From assembly GCF_009914755.1 (NCBI RefSeq), contig NC_060939.1: a DNA stretch of 64,000 nt; one strand, 5' to 3'. The stretch's first letter is position 1. Each line of letters opens with the position of its first letter. Below, piece after piece: positions 40,690 to 61,050 of the stretch. Origin of the DNA: the human T2T-CHM13v2.0 reference genome, Homo sapiens. Below the pieces are notes generated by a model that ran no database searches, was not told where the DNA came from, and was given only the letters and a program-made list of their open reading frames with translations. A program made the position numbers and the translations under genes.

Positions 40690-42480
40690 AATTTCTAATT
40701 TACAGAAGAGTTACAAAGTTGCAAACATTGCACAAAGAATTCTCATATGTCCCTCAGTAGATTCTCAATATTTTACATCTTACCACTTTAGGCTTTACTA
40801 TTCTCTCATGCTCTTTTTATATATATATAAACACACCTACAGACACATGCCCATATTTTTTTCTGAATCAATTGATAATAAATTGTAGACATGATACCCT
40901 CTCACCTCTAAATACTTTATTGTGTATTTCCTGAAAGGTAAAGGCACTTTGTTAAATAACCAGAGGATATCCATTAATATCAGGAAGTTAGCATTAATAC
41001 AATACTATCATCTAATTCAAAGACCCCCACTCAAATTTCACTAATTACAGTAATAAGGTCCTTTCTAGGAAAAAAATTCTTTTGTCCTAAGTCTGTTGAG
41101 GACCATATGTTGTGCTTAGTTGCCTTGTTACTTTTAATGTTCTTCAATGTAGAATAGTTTTTTACTATTTCCTTGTCTTTCAGGACCTTGACATTTTTGA
41201 AGAATACAGACCAGTTATTTTTTCGAATACCCTTAAATTTGAATTTTCTATTTGTTCATGATGATGCAGGTTTTTCATTTTTACAAGAAATAACACAGAA
41301 GTCATATTGTCTGTCTCCTTGTATCATGTCAAGGAGACACATGATGTTGAGTTGTGCTTTTACAAGTGATGTCAACTTTAAACATTTGATTAAGGTATTA
41401 TCTTCCAGGTTTCTTCATTATAAAAATCACTTCTTTCTCTTTGGTAGTTAAGAAGTATTTGATGGAGAAATACATTGAAACTATATAAATATCCTGTTCC
41501 TCAACAAAGTTTCACCTGCCTGTTTTAGTGTGCTGATGATTCTTACTAAAAATTATCTTTATTATGATGACTGACAAATGATGTTTTCTAAGACATTGAT
41601 TAAGTTGGCATATCTACTGTAAGGAAGAACTTGTTTTACTACTCCACTCTATCTATCTATCTATATCTATCTATCGATCTGTCTGTTTATTGATCTATCT
41701 GTCTATCATCTTTTATATCAGTATGGACTCATGTATTCAATGTGTTATATCAACAGTTGGCATACTTTCTTTGCAAAGGGCCAGGTAGTGTTTTAGGCTT
41801 ACGGAGCCATAAGGTCTCTGTTGCATATAGTCAGCTCTGACATTGTATTGCAGAAATAACCACAGACTGTATGTAAATGAATAGGTGTGGCTTGTTCTAG
41901 TGAAACGTACAAAAACAAGTGGCCTGATTGGTTTAGTCCTAGGGCTGTGGTTTATCTGTCTCCTGGGTTGTATCATTATTTTGATGCTCGAGATTTGGCC
42001 AGTAGGACCCTTCACATGGATTATGGGACAAATGCCCATAAGTTTATAATACTTTCTTACTTTCTGAAACAAGATGTTTTTGACTTTTCTTACACTTTCC
42101 TTATCCCAGCCCTGAAATTAGCCATTTTTCCAAGAAGCCCTGGTTTGCTTGGTGGATATGGTTTTTAGAAACCAAGATCTGGATGTGAGGTGTGCTTCTT
42201 GGTTTTTGAATGTCATTGCTTCTACATTCTCTTAGTGGACAGATCTAGGAAATGATGTTTGAATCTATGTATATAGGTACATCTCAACTGATTTATCTAT
42301 ATTAAAACCATGAGTTCACAGCAGTACCTTCAATTCCAGTCACATGGCTCGACCTAGCCTCAAACTTCTTAAATGTGTAGCTTTCTTCTTCAATAGTGAG
42401 AAGTCTTGCTCCTATTGTCTTTAATATATTTATATGTTTTCTTATTCTACTTTACAAAACCAATATTTTGATACACATGC
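40690..42480 (-). mobile_element. L1MC/ME 3' region containing a MER58A-like insert (~41,752-41,964) and (TCTA)n
   Basis: ttgacatttttgaagaatacagaccag, agccatttttccaagaagccctgg motifs; MER58 motifs aagggccagg...ttttaggctt...gtaaatgaataggtgtggc. Confidence 0.65.
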
Positions 42481-45478
42481 CATAACCTTCTCAGCTTTAA
42501 CATTGCTAGTCATCTCTAATCATACCCTCAGATTTGACTCTGAATGGTCCTTGTTGTCTCTTCAGCCCCAGTTGTTTCTTTGGCACTGGCCATCCTCCTG
42601 ACCTCTACTGTCTCCTTGGCCCTCACCCTGAAAGTCCTTCCAGACTCACTTGCCTCTGGCTCTATAAGATCCTGGGTATCACCAGGGCCTCTGCTCCCTC
42701 CATAGAACCCGTGTCCCTGAGGCCTCACTGGCTCTAGCTACATCAAAGAGAGGGAAAGGAAGAGAACCAGTAGTACATATATTTTAAGTGAAAGTGACAG
42801 GAAAGTGGAATGAGCACTTATTTTTCTTTATCATTTAAATTATTACTTTAACATTTTAATACTTTGAAATTAATTTTGTTACATAGTAGAATGTAAGGTT
42901 CTGACTTGAAGTGTATCATTTTCTAAATGACAGCATTTTTCAATACCATTTTAAACAAATGCTTTCTTTTAAGGACACTCTAAAGATAATGTGCACTACA
43001 CTAGTTTTCGTAGAACTATTCATGTGTAGGCACTCACCTTGAGAAGTAGGATTTTTTTTTTTACTTAACGCTTTTGTCTCAAATTATTATTATATATAGT
43101 TAACTGTAAAAACATTGAGATATATTAAAAATATTATAGGACAGGTAATACATATTCATGGTAGCAAGTGAAATAATACAAAGGTTTATGAATAAAAAGT
43201 TACTACTCTCCTAGGTAGCCAATGTTACCAGTCTTGCATATCCTTCTGCTGCTTTTTCTCTGCTCATACAAACATGAACTTACTCATGCATACACATAGG
43301 TGTTTCAAAGTTTTATTCTGAATACATCACGAACACAAAGTGGTATAATTACATATATCAATGTAATATATAAACATGTTATAAATATGAATATAAATGT
43401 AAAATGAACCCTATTTAAACATCAGTAAGCCTAAGACACAGAACATTACCAATGAGCCTGAATATTCTCATGCGTGGCCACATCTCTTTTCTATTCCCCG
43501 TCATAGAAATCACTCCATCCCAAATTTTACGTTATTTCTTTTCTTTACTTGGGTGCTTATTATTTTTTACTATGCTTTACTCTTTTGCTATTTATGTATG
43601 TATTATTAATTTATTGTTTAGCTTCTATATTTTACATAAATAGTATTATTTTGGGATTTGTTTTTTCATTGAGTTTCATATTTGTTAGATAAATCGGTTT
43701 GTATTTTATTTTGCAGAAATGGATTTATATCATACACAAAGCACACAAATATATATATTTCTTTGCAACATGCTGTTTATATTGTGCAGTATACAATAAA
43801 AGTAATTATTGCTAACATTTGAGTGATTATGATTAAAATGGGCCTGGTACTAGTCTAATTTCTTTACATACGCTGATCCATTTAATCCTCACAAGACATC
43901 CTATGACAAGCAGTATTATTATTCTTACCCTAACAATAAAGAAGAAAACAAATCTTAGGTACAGAGATGTTATAAAACTTGTCCAATTTTATTAAGTGGT
44001 GGCAGAAATAGTAAGATTAAGGAAATTATTACTAAGACAGAATCTGTCTTTTCTTGGATGGAGTGGGGATGTGATCAGGAACAGGAATGTGGCACAGAGC
44101 TGAGGTCTGGAGCATGGTGAGGGCTTTGGCATGCAGGGCAGGATGGGGACACAATCAGTTGTTAGATATTCAGGAATTTTATGAGCTGGTTGTTAAACCA
44201 TTGGTAACTTGAACTTGAAATCAGATTATTATTAATATGATAGAAATCAGAAATACGTAAATGCTCCAAATCAGGACCTCATCCCTCCACTCTGCAGATA
44301 ATTCCTTTACCAGCACACCAATAGTTGACAGGTTTCCCTGTCAGGCTACTGTCAGTGTTCAATTTCTTGGTCAAAGAACTGTTTATACAGGTGTTCATTT
44401 TATGATAATTCATTAAGTTGATCATGTATGTTTTCTGTACATAGGCAATATTTTACAATGAAAAGTTTTTTTTAAGTAATACCCAGTGTCAGTAGGAGGG
44501 GAAGAGTACTCTGTGCATCTTAGTGGGAGTGGGGCAATAAAAGGTGGAGAGCAGTCTGGGAAATAGGGAAAATATTTCTTTTATTATAATAGGCAGGATG
44601 GATTTTTTGGATAATAACTTGCTTGCAGATGTAATAATCTTCATGTAAATATTAAGTGAATAAGCAGATGGTATAGATTATACATGAAGGGATTATGCTT
44701 TTAAAACTTGTAAAGCAGTAGATAAATACTGGTTGCTACAAGAAAGGCTTAATGTTAAAGGATTTTTATGAATCTAGCTACATTTCTTAAAAGTATACTT
44801 TATTGTATATTACGCATATTATATATTATTTTATATTTTCATTTTATTAGTAATTAGATATTTTGAAATTACTTTAAAATTTGTACATTATGATAGAACT
44901 GATATGTACATTTGAATATTTTATGCTCATTTTCACTTATTGACACAGCATTTATTAAATGCCCACCATAATATGTATTTTCTTTATACAAGTGCCATAG
45001 AAGAAATAGGCTGCAAAACAAATAATTAAAATAAAACAGTGTCACTTTTTCTGAGCTTTATTAAATAATGTGTGGGGTGAAAATGGAGACAGTCCTTAAA
45101 TGAAGACAAGTTTAATTGAGAATGGAAGACATATTGGGAAACCTATTAATGTAATAAAAACAGAAAAAAGTATTCAAGTATTAATGTAAATACTTGGGGA
45201 TTATACATTTATAAATGGATACTAATATATTACAACTTTTTTAAAAGTTCTTTTTTCCACAAAATCAGACATTGAGTAAATAATTTGAAATTGCCAAAAA
45301 TTTGAAAGTTAATTTTTGGATACCCATATATTATTAAAATTTTATAGCATTAATGTAAATATTGTAATTTTAATAAATATAATTATTCAAGAATGCCATA
45401 GTATCCCAACATAACTGCATTAAGCTTATTTAATATCTTGTATTTTTTATTTTTACTTTTTTTTCTGTTTTGTTCTTG

Positions 45479-45558
45479 ATGGTCCCCAGCCATCACAAAA
45501 AGAAATTATATCACTGAGGGCATTTATGCTACTTTTTCTGAAACAGCTCATACTAAAA
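45479..45558 (+). pseudogene. NBEA: NBEA-derived exon (~exon 14), acceptor lost: (D)GPQPSQKEIISLRAFMLLFLKQLILK
   Basis: 80 nt, open; preceded by TG instead of AG; GT at 45,559. Confidence 0.92.
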
Positions 45559-46273
45559 GTAAAATAATTTTATATAATTTAGAATTACAGTGTATAGGTA
45601 GAAAGGAAATTCTGGCATGTTTTAAAATTATTATTGTTAAATTAGTAATAGCTACCTTTAATTAATGAATTGCTTCCAAAATTCTGCACATCTTAATATT
45701 AACTTTATTGAACTTAACTAACTTCTGGTTAAATGCTCTCTGAAATCTTCCCTATTAAGGGATGTGACAGAAATGGACAAGGAACATATGAATAAGAATT
45801 GAGCCCTTATTCTTATAGTAATTGACCATTATTCTAGAAAATGGTCTGTGTGCCAGTTTAAGAAGGCTTACATAATGTATTTTATTGTAGTAGGATTTTT
45901 TAAATGTTAAGATGAAAACAAAGTGAAAATAAATTGTGAGGTAATACACAAAAATTGATACTGTATAGTCTTGCACTTGTATTCAAGAAAGAATGATTAG
46001 AAAATAGTCATAAGAATACTTCGATGGTCAAAATATGCTAACTTTTTATAGTGAATGTCAATCAAATATTAATGACTTAAAAATTGATATAATTTTCTAA
46101 ATATTTACTTAACTTGAAATAATATAGTCTATAAATTGTGAAATGTGTGGGGATTTTAATTCAAATATCACTACATTAAACTTTTATTTTCTTTTAAAAT
46201 GATTATTTTGGTGTCTTTTAAATTAAAATTTTAATTTTAGATGTAAAATAATAAAATATTTTTTAAAAATTAA

Positions 46274-46336
46274 GATCAAAGGGTCAAAGAAGATGAACTT
46301 CAGAGTATATTAAATTACCTTCTTACAATACATGAG
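46274..46336 (+). pseudogene. NBEA: NBEA-derived exon (~exon 15), acceptor altered: DQRVKEDELQSILNYLLTIHE
   Basis: 63 nt; preceded by AA, with an AG only 1 nt inside the exon; GTAGGA donor. Confidence 0.92.
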
Positions 46337-46421
46337 GTAGGACATGTTATGGACCTTTTATTTTAATTATTTAAGCCAATCTTTAGAGTAAAATTTAAAT
46401 CAATATTGGTGATTTATGCAG

Positions 46422-46519
46422 GATGAAAATATTCATGATGTGCTACAGTTACTGATGGCTTTAATGTCAGAACACCCAGCCTCAATGATACCAGTATTTA
46501 ATCAAAGAAATGGAATAAG
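46422..46519 (+). pseudogene. NBEA: NBEA-derived exon (~exon 16): DENIHDVLQLLMALMSEHPASMIPVFNQRNGI(R)
   Basis: CAG/GTATGA; 98 nt; 85-nt upstream intron. Confidence 0.95.
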
Positions 46520-48821
46520 GTATGATTATAATAGTATTACTATTAGACGTCAATGGAGCACAGTTGTTCCTCCTAGAATAATTCCTATTCTATGAATATT
46601 TGAATAAATATAGCATCTTACACATAAGAGAGTATAAATGGAGAATGCTGCTGTTGATCCTCCAATACTCAGGAAACTGATGAAGTGTATAAACAGTAGT
46701 CTCAGGAATCAAGAAGAGTAAATTGTTTTTGCTATAGTAGGGACATTACAAATTGTGAATAGAGCAATTTTTTTTTCAAGAAGACACGAAAAAGCAAGGT
46801 ATGTTCTACCAAAAGAGGATACAATGAAATTTTATTATATTAGGCCTGAGACAGAGATTACAGCCAGTTTTGGAAGGTTCATAGGATGGTAGTAACTTTA
46901 GTGTTTCGTTTTTTTTTCAGTTGGTGATGAAAATTAAAGAATTTTAAATAGGGGAAATGTGCTCAGATTGCTATTTTGTTAGATTTACAATCACCAGTGT
47001 GAAACATGAGTTGAAGGACAAATTGATGTAGCAATATCTGTAGGGAGATTATTTTATTCATCAGTATTAAAAATGATGACCTGAGACAGTAGCAGTGCAA
47101 TGGAAATAATAGAGATGAAAGATGTTCTGGAGTTAAGAGGCCAAAGCCTAAAGAAATTGAAAACCAACTTTTGTTGTGGCAATTGAAAAGTAACTTGGTA
47201 GACAGGTGAAATATAATTTCTTAGTTAGTATTTTTCTGAACTTAACCCTATAATTTAGCTTCTTAAGGAATTCTTCCTTTTTATTTTTCTGGAGTTTTAA
47301 TTAGTGGGATGAGCAGGATATCAAGGTTATGCCATGTATAACTCAGTGAATTTCTACAGATTTATTGTGAAAAAGAGTTTGGAAAGAATATATCAGTGAC
47401 TGTCAAGGGCTTTTTTAAGTGCTTTTTTTACTTGGCCATTTATATCAATGGATAACAACTTTCTAGACTTGAAGAACTCCTTTTCAAATTAGAGAAGCGA
47501 TCACTATCTCTATATGCATATCTCCCTTGTGACATCGCTATTACCTTTGAGTTTATAATTCAAAGGCCTGCCAATCTATTTGAAAAAGATTATACATTTA
47601 GTGATTAAAAACTGTTATAATTTTTTACTCTTGAGTTTGAACTATATGAAACTGTTGATACTTAACTGATTTTACCAAATAATGGCAATTTCATATGGTT
47701 CGATCTAATAAGGTAGTACAATTACACTCACTCTTCTGAACTTATATTTAGATTCAATAATTAGTGTCCTTGTCCTGAGATTTTGCTTTGTTTATTATAT
47801 TATCTGATAAATTTAGTGAACCAGTTGAAGATATCCACGTTACCCTTGTGGAAGATACTAAACTTAGATTGTCTAATATGATGAAATGCAGAAATATAAT
47901 TCTATTGTTTTGACACATTGGAAATACGATCCTACATATGAGAGTGCTATTTGGTAAGATCTTTAGGATTGACATAGTGTTTTAAATGTATGATATGAAA
48001 GAATTGATTAAGCACAACAGATTAAAAGGCTTTGTGCTCATGGCTGACCATGAGCAGAACATTTCAGATTGTTGCCAGTATGTTAAAAACAATCACAAAG
48101 ATTAAAAAACGGCCTTTCCTTGACACTTCAGCTTTTCTACTTCAAAAATGGGGAGAAAGCTGGTTCAGAATAGTATAAAAGGTGAAAAAAAATAGGCTTA
48201 TTAGATAGAAAATATTGAAAGTGTCTAAAGCATTTATATGTCTTTATTCTAGAAAATAGCCATTAAAGGCTAACAGTTGTATATGAAGTATTTTGGGAGG
48301 AAAATTCTGGTCTGTTCTAATTCATACAATGGAATTCAGTATAACATCTGAACAAAAAGAATGAACTGAGTTTAGTTCTGATGGTATGCTAATTCAGCTT
48401 AAGGAAGCCCTTGTGATAACACTGAACTAAGCAGCTAAAAATGTGATATTTTTATATCTTGAAATGTTTAAAGAAAAGAATAGACAACTACCTGTCTTAT
48501 ATAGCTTAGATCATTTGCTGGCTGAATATAGTGAGCTTAAGCAGATGAATTAGGATTATTATTAATTAGTAACAATGTATATTACAAGTAAACATTTATT
48601 AACAAATTTCTTATTCATACTGTATCACATCTTTACATATATACATGTATGATGGCCTTAGACATTTTCATGTTTCAACATTAATCGTAATTTCTCTTGA
48701 CCCAGGGTGGAGTCTAATAACTTTTTTCCTCCTACTCAAAGTTATTCCTAGGCAGTAGAAACTCTGTGAGAACTTCCAATTCTATATTTGAGTGTAACCA
48801 CATTTTTAGGCTGTGAGTGTT

Positions 48822-49139
<318 letters not shown>

Positions 49140-50238
49140 CAGACTGTGAGTTTTACTTTGGTTCTCAAGACTATTTTTGCTGTTTAATGTTGCTTCTTAT
49201 GATTTCTTGAATGTATGTTTTTGACATGTCTGACTTTGCTATTCTCAAACTTGTCTTTTTTCATTACTGATCTTGGTTCCTAAAAGTTTTGAAAATGGAT
49301 TTCAGTGTAAACCCATACATATTTATGAATGTGGGATTTGAAAAAAAAATCTTCCAAAGGAAGTAATCACTTTTCTTGTAGTTTATTCTTTAATAGATGA
49401 AATGCAAAGCATAAAAGAAAAAAAGAGAAAAAGAAACAGTACCAATAACATCTTTTCTTTTTTAATAGTATAAACTGTTGGTAAAACTAAAAATAATGAC
49501 ATTATGTTTAAGCTATTTGTGCCCCTTTGTAAGTATCACTGAAATTATGAAAATTATATTGCATCTTTTACTAGATTCTCTTCTTCAGCTGAGTACTTTA
49601 CCTCAAAATATACCATGGCATTTTATTTTTTAAGAAACAATATTTAATAAAATAAAGCAAACTATAATTTTATAGCCCCTAAAGAACCTTCTTATATTCT
49701 AGAATTAGTTGCCAGTGTATATAGTTGTCATTGTCCCTTCTACTTTATGGAAACAAATAATTTTTTTAAATAGAAAAAATATGGAATAAAATTTCTAAAC
49801 ACTTAGGAATATTATAATGAATATCGCCCTACTTTTATATAGTACTTGAAGTGATTGTATAGGTTAGGTTGTATATTAGTGGAGGCTATTTTGCTCCAAG
49901 TAACAGAAAACCTCTCAAGCTTTTAAAGTAAAAACTGAATAATATGTTTGTTTAAAAAATCTTAGAGTAGGAACCAGGAATTGTAGGGCTATTAGGAAAC
50001 AAGTTTGCTTTCTCTGCTGCTTTCTGTAAGCTGTTTAATCCTTCCTTCTGTATGTTGACTAGCCTTTCTGAGCAGAAACAAAACATTGCTGTTCTAGTTT
50101 CTGTTTTAAACAATTTTCGAATCCAAGAGCCTAGCAAAGAGGAGATATTGTTTCTTAGACCTCATTCCAAATTCTCAAAAAAGAGCAATAACTAGGCAGG
50201 TGCCTACCTATCATCTAATCAGTCATACCAAGACAAGA

Positions 50239-50400
50239 GGGTTAGGGTGCAGTGGTGCACGCCTGTAATTCCAGCACTTTGGGAGTCCGAGGTGGTTGGA
50301 TTGTTTGAACTCAGGAATTCCAGACTAGCCTGGGCAATATGGCAAAACCTCACCTCTATATTAAAATTAAGAACAAAAAATTTTAAAAAAGAAAGAAAAT
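50239..50400 (+). mobile_element. FLAM/left Alu monomer
   Basis: gtgcagtggtgcacgcctgtaattccagcactttgggag...agcctgggcaatatggcaaaacc followed by an A-rich tail. Confidence 0.75.
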
Positions 50401-50737
50401 AGGGTTATCAAGTTTAAATGTTGGGGCCAATTCTTAGAAGAGATGTGGCCTAAACAAGCATGTGTCTTAAAACTGAAAATCGTGTTTAGTATGTTGGGAG
50501 GCAGTACTTATGAATACCAGTCACATTGCCCTTTTGAGTATATGGTTGAAGGACATGTTTAAAGAAAAATTATTAAAGCATGCCAGTTTTTAATTTTTCC
50601 AAGGAATTATAATCCTGAGAATAAAATCTTCAGAGAAGTTTTATATTTCACATATGTATAATTTATTTGTAAAGTATGTAGTGTATTTTTGTTTTTAATA
50701 TTAGTAAGTTTTTAAACATTATTTATATATTTTTTAG

Positions 50738-50830
50738 GGTGATCTACAATTTATTGGCTTCTAAAAGTGAAAGTATTTGGGTTCAAGCTTTGAAGGTTCT
50801 GGGATACTTTCTGAAGCATTTAGGTCAGAA
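50738..50830 (+). pseudogene. NBEA: NBEA-derived exon (~exon 17): VIYNLLASKSESIWVQALKVLGYFLKHLGQ(K)
   Basis: TTTTTAG acceptor, GTAAAT donor; 93 nt, open; last NBEA exon visible in the window. Confidence 0.95.
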
Positions 50831-52281
50831 GTAAATTGATATTTGTTGTAATGCATTCTAGAAATAACTATTGAGATTATGTTTTTATGAGTTTTATATG
50901 TAATGTAACATGAAATTTGGCTTGAATAATCTAACACTGGAAAATAATAGCTTTATGTGGTAGAAGTAGTAAGAGTGTTTTATAAAATTTATTAATAGTA
51001 GATTATGGAACAAGATTACAATTTAAGTAACAAGGTTTTATTTCTATATGCTTCCTGAAAAGAAAGCATTATCTATAGATGTAATAAAATATTTTGTCAA
51101 GATATAATGATGCACATATGACTATGATTTCAAGGAAAGCTTCCTTGACAAGGAAATATCATGTATATGTTGAGGTCTTTCTGAGAGTTGATCTTATGCT
51201 TACATGCTGAGTCAGTATTTTGTTATTAGTTTCTAACAGTAGGGCTTATTAATTAATTTTGTGACTTCAAGATGCTAGAATACTTCATTTCTTTCCCAAA
51301 ATACAGAATCTGAATACTTTCTAAGAACAGTTTTTGTGTAAGAAACTACTGCTGGCTTAGTGATTGCAGTTCGTACTACACTATCCAGTGTATGAATATA
51401 GTTTTAAGAGTAGATTTCCTTACAAATGAAGCCAAGGAAGTAGTGCAACTGTAATTTAAATGTTACTAGATGGGGTTCCTTTGAAAACCTCAGTGTTGCC
51501 CTTTTTTTTGGTGCTTGCTTAAATTCGCAACGCGCTTATTTGTAATAATCATGAAAACTGCACAAAATTCAGACAAGACATGTCTAACAAGCTGTATAGC
51601 CTAGAAGTTTAAATATTTTTAAAATTTTGGTACCAAACAATGATTAAGGGAGACTAGATATACTATGGATATAAGGAATAGTTCAAACAAAGCCAGGATT
51701 GTAGAGAAGGATACATTTTCATATATATATATATATGGATATATATAAGTTCACTTGGTGATAGAGTACTGGGAGTGAAGAAGCATATGCCCTTTTTATT
51801 TTAAGAGATAAAGATCACTTACTTAACTTCAGTTAATTAAAATAAATTGATTGGAGAAAGTTAAAGGATTGTAGCCCAAGATGCAACCTCCTCAAATATC
51901 AAGAAAGCACATTAAAAAATGTACAAAAAAAACGAAAACTCAGTTAATACAAAATTAAAAATACAAGCAGGCAATTTCCTGTGTAAACATGGTGTTTAAG
52001 ATGTCCTATTTTCCCCTTTTCCTGTAGAATGTATAAATGATACAACAAGAAGTAAAAAACTGTACTCTCTTATCAAGATAGATGCAAATGTATGAACTCC
52101 AGAATATGGTATCAGCTGCTTAAAGTTGCTAAGGTTGGGTAAAAGCTGTTAAGGCTAAAGAGAAGAGAAAATACAAAGAGCATGGTGAGAGAGTTCAATT
52201 GTAGCAAATAGGAACTGTCAGTGAAAGTACAGTTTCTGAAGATGAGAGGCCCACCTTAAATTTCAAAAATAGATCATTTCT

Positions 52282-53135
52282 AAAACAAATAACCCCATCA
52301 AAAAGTGGGCGAAGGACATGAACAGACACTTCTCAAAAGAAGACATTTATGCAGCCAAAAAACACATGAAAAAATGCTCACCATCACTGGCCATCAGAGA
52401 AATGCAAATCAAAACCACAATGAGATACCATCTCACACCAGTTAGAATGGCGATCATTAAAAAGTCAGGAAACAACAGGTGCTGGAGAGGATGTGGAGAA
52501 ATAGGAACACTTTTACACAGTTGGTGGGACTGTAAACTAGTTCAACCATTGTGGAAGTCAGTGTGGCGATTCCTCAGGGATCTAGAACTAGAAATACCAT
52601 TTGACCCAGCCATCCCATTACTGGGTATATACCCAAAGGACTATAAATCATGCTGCTATAAAGACACATGCACACGTATGTTTATTGCGGCACTATTCAC
52701 AATAGCAAAGACTTGGAACCAACCCAAATGTCCAACAATGATAGACTGGATTAAGAAAATGCGGCACATATACACCATGGAATACTATGCAGCCATAAAA
52801 AATGATGAGTTCATGTCCTTTGTAGGGACATGGATGAAATTGGAAATCATCATTCTCAGTAAACTATCGCAAGGACAAAAAACCAAACACCGCATATTCT
52901 CACTCATAGGTGGGAATTGAACAATGAGAACACATGGACACAGGAAGGGGAACATCACTCTGGGGACTGTTGTGGGGTGGGGGGAGGGGGGAGGGATAGC
53001 ATTGGGAGATATACCTAATGCTAGATGACGAGTTAGTGGGGGCAGCGCACCAGCATGGCACATGTATACCTATGTAACTAACTTGCACATTGTGCACATG
53101 TACCCTAAAACTTAAAGTATAATAACAATAAATAA
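52282..53135 (+). mobile_element. 5'-truncated young L1 (L1PA2-like): ORF2 C-terminus + 3'UTR
   Basis: ORF 52,318-52,920 is the ORF2p C-terminus ([13 protein letters not shown]...RIFSLIGGN); 3'UTR ttgggagatatacc...gatgacGAGttagtggg...cttaAagtataat; 17-bp TSD aaaaatagatcatttct at 52,265 and 53,136. Confidence 0.95.
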
Positions 53136-53729
53136 AAAAATAGATCATTTCTTTGAAATAATAGATACACATATATCATGCCTGATAGCAGAGTTTTTTT
53201 GAATCAGATTGGTTTCAGAAAAGGAGAAGATATCACAAAGAATTACACAGATGAGCTGTATTTGTGGCAAGCAGTCTATCTCTGTGGCTATAGAGAAAGA
53301 GAAAGTTTTTGGATTATGAAAGCAAAAAGGTTACCCTTGTCCCTTCTTTTACACATATGCATGGAAGCATCCTGTAGACTGATGGGCCAGGCAAATTAGA
53401 CTGTATCAAAGAATTGGCACATCATCAGTGCATGTATCAGATAAAAAACACGGAAAAAAAAAGTTAAGGTAACCAGTACATGAATAGCACTTAGCATAAA
53501 AATATTGCTATGGAATATATAGCATTTTGATTTAAAAATTTACTGTCATAAGTTAAAAATAAATAAGTAGCTTCTGAGAAAGAACCACTAAACATAATTT
53601 GGAGAAGTAATCCTACTACTCAGGAGGCTTATGCAGGAAGGTTGCTTGAGCCCAGGAGTTTGAATCCAGCCTGGACAATGTAGCAACATCCCCATCTGAA
53701 AAAAAATGTTGTTAGAAATGTTAACATAG

Positions 53730-54094
53730 TGAAATGGTTTGGTTGTGTTCCCCCACCTAAAATCTCATCTTGAATTGTAATCCCCACGTGTGAAGGGAGG
53801 GACCAGGGGAACATAATTGGATCATGGGGGCAGTTTCTTTTCTGCTGTTCTTGTAACAGTGAGTCGCATGAGATCTGATGGTTTTATAAGCATTTGGCAT
53901 TTCCCCTCCTTTCCCTTATTCCGTCTTGCCACCCTGTGAAGAAGGTGGCTGCTTCTCCTTGCCTTCCACCATGATTGTAAGTTTCCTGAGGCCTCCCCAG
54001 CAATGCAGGACTGTGAGTCAATTAAACCTCTTTCCTTTATAAATTAGCCAATCTTGGGTATTTCTTCATACCAGCGTGAGAACGGACTAAAACA
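53730..54094 (+). mobile_element. THE1/MST (MaLR) solo LTR, THE1D-like
   Basis: tgaaatggtttgg...aatctcatcttgaattgtaatcccc...tgtgagtcaattaaacctctttcc...ggactaaaaca. Confidence 0.85.
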
Positions 54095-54341
54095 GATAGC
54101 ATGGAAGTATTTAATTATGAGCTAATAAAACACTGGACAAGTATTGGAGGAAAAGAACTATACACAAAAAAATAAAAGTGGAGATTGCTCAAAGGCAAAA
54201 CCCTGGCTAGTATCATAGTGAAATACACAGAAGATAAAACTGAAAAAAGCAAATAATATGAGTAGGTGAAAATGTGAGTTTAGGATTAGAAAGAAAATGA
54301 GTGACATGAGAGAAAAACAAATTACAATAATGGCATAAATC

Positions 54342-61050
<6,709 letters not shown>

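Noticed and set aside
42528-42745. GC-richer island with ORFs on both strands
   Set aside because: No recognisable homologue or splice frame; adjoins the L1MC 3' region and is probably part of it.
52318-52920. 200-aa ORF, the longest in the window
   Set aside because: It is the L1 ORF2p C-terminus in a 5'-truncated element, not a host gene.
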